Shown piece after piece: positions 61,705 to 64,000 of a DNA stretch of 64,000 nt. The DNA comes from Candidatus Eiseniibacteriota bacterium (GTDB taxonomy: Bacteria > Eisenbacteria > RBG-16-71-46): contig OY970342.1 in the NCBI GenBank assembly GCA_963717505.1, positions 1,760,001-1,824,000 of the forward strand, read 5' to 3'. Numbering within the stretch: the stretch's first letter is position 1; every line of letters begins with the position of its first letter. Below the pieces are notes generated by a model, which was not told the origin of the DNA, did not search any database, and was given only the letters and a program-made list of their open reading frames with translations. Position numbers and translations under genes: made by a program.

Positions 61705-63702
61705 ATGAGCGTCCTCGAGACCCCCGCTACCACGCTGTATCCATCGCGCGCCGGCACTCGTCCGATGACCGCGGAAGACCTGTGGGCGCTGCCGCGCGTT
61801 GGGGCACCCGTGCCCGCGCACGACGGATCGTGGTGTGTCGTGCCGGTGACCACTTACGACATGGCAAAGAACGCCGGCACCACGCGACTGTGGCGGGTCA
61901 CGCCGCAGGGCGCTCCGACGCCGCTGACTTCGCCCGAGCACTCGAGCACCGATCCGGCGCTGTCGCCTGACGGCCGGAAGCTCGCGTTCTGTCGCAAGGT
62001 GGGCAGCGGCAAGCCGCAGCTCCACGTGATGGCGCTCGATGGCGGCGAAGCCGAGAAGCTCACCGATCTGCCGCTCGCGGTGTTCGATCCCAAATGGCTG
62101 CCGGATGGTTCGGGCATCGTGTTCGGTTCCTACGTCCTCAAAGGTCACTTCACGCCCGAAGCGGTCAAAGCCGAGCTGGAGCGGCGCGAGAAGGATCCGG
62201 TCAAGGCGCACATCACCGAGGATCGCTTCTTCCGTCACTGGGACACCTGGCTGACCACCGGTGAGGTGCCGCACCTGTTCGTGATCGATCTCGCGACCAA
62301 TGCGGTGCGCGACCTGACGCCCGAGTCCGCGCTGTGGTTCGACTTCATGGAGCCGCAGGGCGTCTACGACATCTCACCCGACGGCAAGGAGATCGCTTTC
62401 TCGGCGATGGGTTGGGTCGAACACATACCGACGGTGCGGTCCGCGGTGTACACGATCCCCGTAGCCGGCGGCCCGATGCACTGCCTGACGCCCGACAATC
62501 CCTCCGACGACTCGCGTCCACGCTACAGCCCCGACGGCAAGCGCATCGTCTACGGCATGCAGCACGACCCGTTCTTCTACGCCGACCGCGTGCGCGTCAT
62601 GAGCATTGACCGCGCCAGCGGCGTGCACTCGGAACTCGCTTCGAGCTGGGATCGCTCGCCGTCGCACTGGAGCTTCGGCCGCGACGGCACCCTGTATCTC
62701 GAAACCGAGGACGCGGGGCGCGTTTCGCTGTTCGCGCTCGCGGCTGCGGGCGAGCCCAAGACGATCCTGCGCGGGGGTTGGGTGTCGGGGGCGCGTGCCG
62801 CCGGCGGCAAAGTGTTCTTCGCGCTTCAGTCGCTATCGCAGCCGTCGGAGGTCTTTGCCTGCGGTCCGGACGGCAGCGGACTCAGCCGCTGGACGTCGTT
62901 CACCGAACCGATCCTGTCGCGCTGCGCGCTGGGCGAAGTCCGCGAGTTGACGTTCGCGGGCGCCGGTGACGAGACCGTGCAGATGTTCGTCGTGTTCCCG
63001 CCGGGCTACAAAGAGGGTCAGAAGCTGCCCCTGGTGCAGGTGGTGCACGGTGGCCCGCACGCCACCAGCGGCGACATGTTCCACATGCGCTGGAACCCGC
63101 ATCTGTTTGCGGCACCCGGCTACGTGGCGGCGATGGTCAACTTCCAGGGTTCGACTTCGTGGGGCCAGGACTTCGCGCAGCGCATTCAGGGGGAGTGGGC
63201 CGAGCGCCCGTACAACGACGTCATGCGCTCGACCGACGTGCTGGTCGCCGCAGGAATTGCGGATCCCAAGCGCATGGCCGCGATCGGTGGGTCCTATGGC
63301 GGATACATGGTGGCCTGGATCGCCGGCCACACCGATCGGTTCCGCTGCATCGTCAACCACGCAGGGGTGTTCGACGCGCTCGGCCAGTACGCGAGCGACT
63401 GGACCATGGGGCGCGGGCGCGCGTGGGGCGGCGAAGCCTGGGACGGCCTCGAGAACATCGACCGCTGTAACCCGGCGCGGTTCGCGGCTGGCATGAGCAC
63501 GCCGATGCTGGTGATCCACGGCGAGCGCGACTACCGGGTTCCGGTCAACCATGGCCTCCAGTGCTACGGCATCCTCAAAGCCAAGGGTGTGCCGGCCCGG
63601 CTCGTCTACTTTCCCGACGAGAACCACTGGGTGCTCAAGCCACGCAACTCGATCGTCTGGTATCGCGAAGTCCACGCCTGGCTGACGCGCTACCTGACGT
63701 AG
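61705..63702 (+). CDS. S9 family (dipeptidyl peptidase/acylaminoacyl peptidase-like) serine peptidase
   Basis: PD40-like SPDG repeats, HGGP, GGSYGG, HGERDYRV, FPDENH; GGAGG RBS. Confidence 0.94.
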   Translation: MSVLETPATTLYPSRAGTRPMTAEDLWALPRVGAPVPAHDGSWCVVPVTTYDMAKNAGTTRLWRVTPQGAPTPLTSPEHSSTDPALSPDGRKLAFCRKVGSGKPQLHVMALDGGEAEKLTDLPLAVFDPKWLPDGSGIVFGSYVLKGHFTPEAVKAELERREKDPVKAHITEDRFFRHWDTWLTTGEVPHLFVIDLATNAVRDLTPESALWFDFMEPQGVYDISPDGKEIAFSAMGWVEHIPTVRSAVYTIPVAGGPMHCLTPDNPSDDSRPRYSPDGKRIVYGMQHDPFFYADRVRVMSIDRASGVHSELASSWDRSPSHWSFGRDGTLYLETEDAGRVSLFALAAAGEPKTILRGGWVSGARAAGGKVFFALQSLSQPSEVFACGPDGSGLSRWTSFTEPILSRCALGEVRELTFAGAGDETVQMFVVFPPGYKEGQKLPLVQVVHGGPHATSGDMFHMRWNPHLFAAPGYVAAMVNFQGSTSWGQDFAQRIQGEWAERPYNDVMRSTDVLVAAGIADPKRMAAIGGSYGGYMVAWIAGHTDRFRCIVNHAGVFDALGQYASDWTMGRGRAWGGEAWDGLENIDRCNPARFAAGMSTPMLVIHGERDYRVPVNHGLQCYGILKAKGVPARLVYFPDENHWVLKPRNSIVWYREVHAWLTRYLT

Positions 63703-63705
63703 CGC

Positions 63706-63999
63706 TCACTCCCAGGGTGCGCGCAGCAGCACGCCCCGGTAGGCGAGGTCGCGCGCCGGCTCGGAGTCGAGCCTCAGATACGCGATGAAGCGCAGGGTGC
63801 GCCGCTCGGCGTCCAGCAACTCGCGGATCCGCGGATGGTCGGCTTCGGCGCTGTCGACCGGCGCGCGGAAGCCGAAGGGTGCGTAGTTCGAGCGGAACTC
63901 GGCCGACTCGATGAGCTGGTAGTCGGTCAGCGACCACGCCGTCGGCGGATCCCCCAGGTAGCCTTCGGCCGGACCGAGGACGATCAGGTCCGGGCGGCG
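63706..63999 (-). CDS. 3' end of an unidentified protein (possibly the periplasmic tail of a membrane glycosyltransferase)
   Basis: Open frame RRPDLIVLGPAEGYLG...LRAPWE-stop with genome-typical codon usage; runs off the window edge. Confidence 0.55.
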   Translation of the reverse strand, partial: RRPDLIVLGPAEGYLGDPPTAWSLTDYQLIESAEFRSNYAPFGFRAPVDSAEADHPRIRELLDAERRTLRFIAYLRLDSEPARDLAYRGVLLRAPWE

Positions 64000-64000
64000 C

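Overview
High-GC bacterial chromosomal window. Secreted proteins ending in FlgD/CTD-type Ig tails and a recurrent Cys-rich domain suggest an FCB-group relative such as Ca. Eisenbacteria (inference only). Layout: (1) 1-17.6 kb, housekeeping genes: acyl-CoA dehydrogenase, 1-Cys peroxiredoxin, two PEGA proteins including a membrane-anchored STAND-like ATPase, DUF5916 protein, M3 peptidase, SDR, SixA-like phosphatase, DUF1326, metH, GNAT, pfkA. (2) 17.6-24.6 kb, a Cus-type heavy-metal RND operon (TolC, CusB, CusA, cupredoxin). It is led by a Cys-rich secreted leader ORF ending in RAPP whose last codons are complementary to the tolC Shine-Dalgarno, a candidate arrest-peptide attenuator. (3) 24.9-36.5 kb, an island of giant secreted proteins: a copper-radical-oxidase-like protein with a second kelch propeller inserted, and two tandem-duplicated BNR/PPC/Cys-domain proteins. 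(4) 36.6-54 kb, a Cys-rich PAS kinase, a sigma54 activator and a pseudo-receiver, with three good -24/-12 promoters in front of hsp20, a USP gene and a clade II nitrous-oxide reductase cluster (cytC-nosZ-nosB-nosD-nosF-X-nosY-DUF2231, no nosL). (5) 54-64 kb, GT-C glycosyltransferase, FG-GAP protein, aceE and an S9 peptidase. Many frameshifts (cusAB, the two-component pair, nosD, nosF, aceE) look like long-read indel errors. No CRISPR array, rRNA, intact tRNA or transposase was seen.
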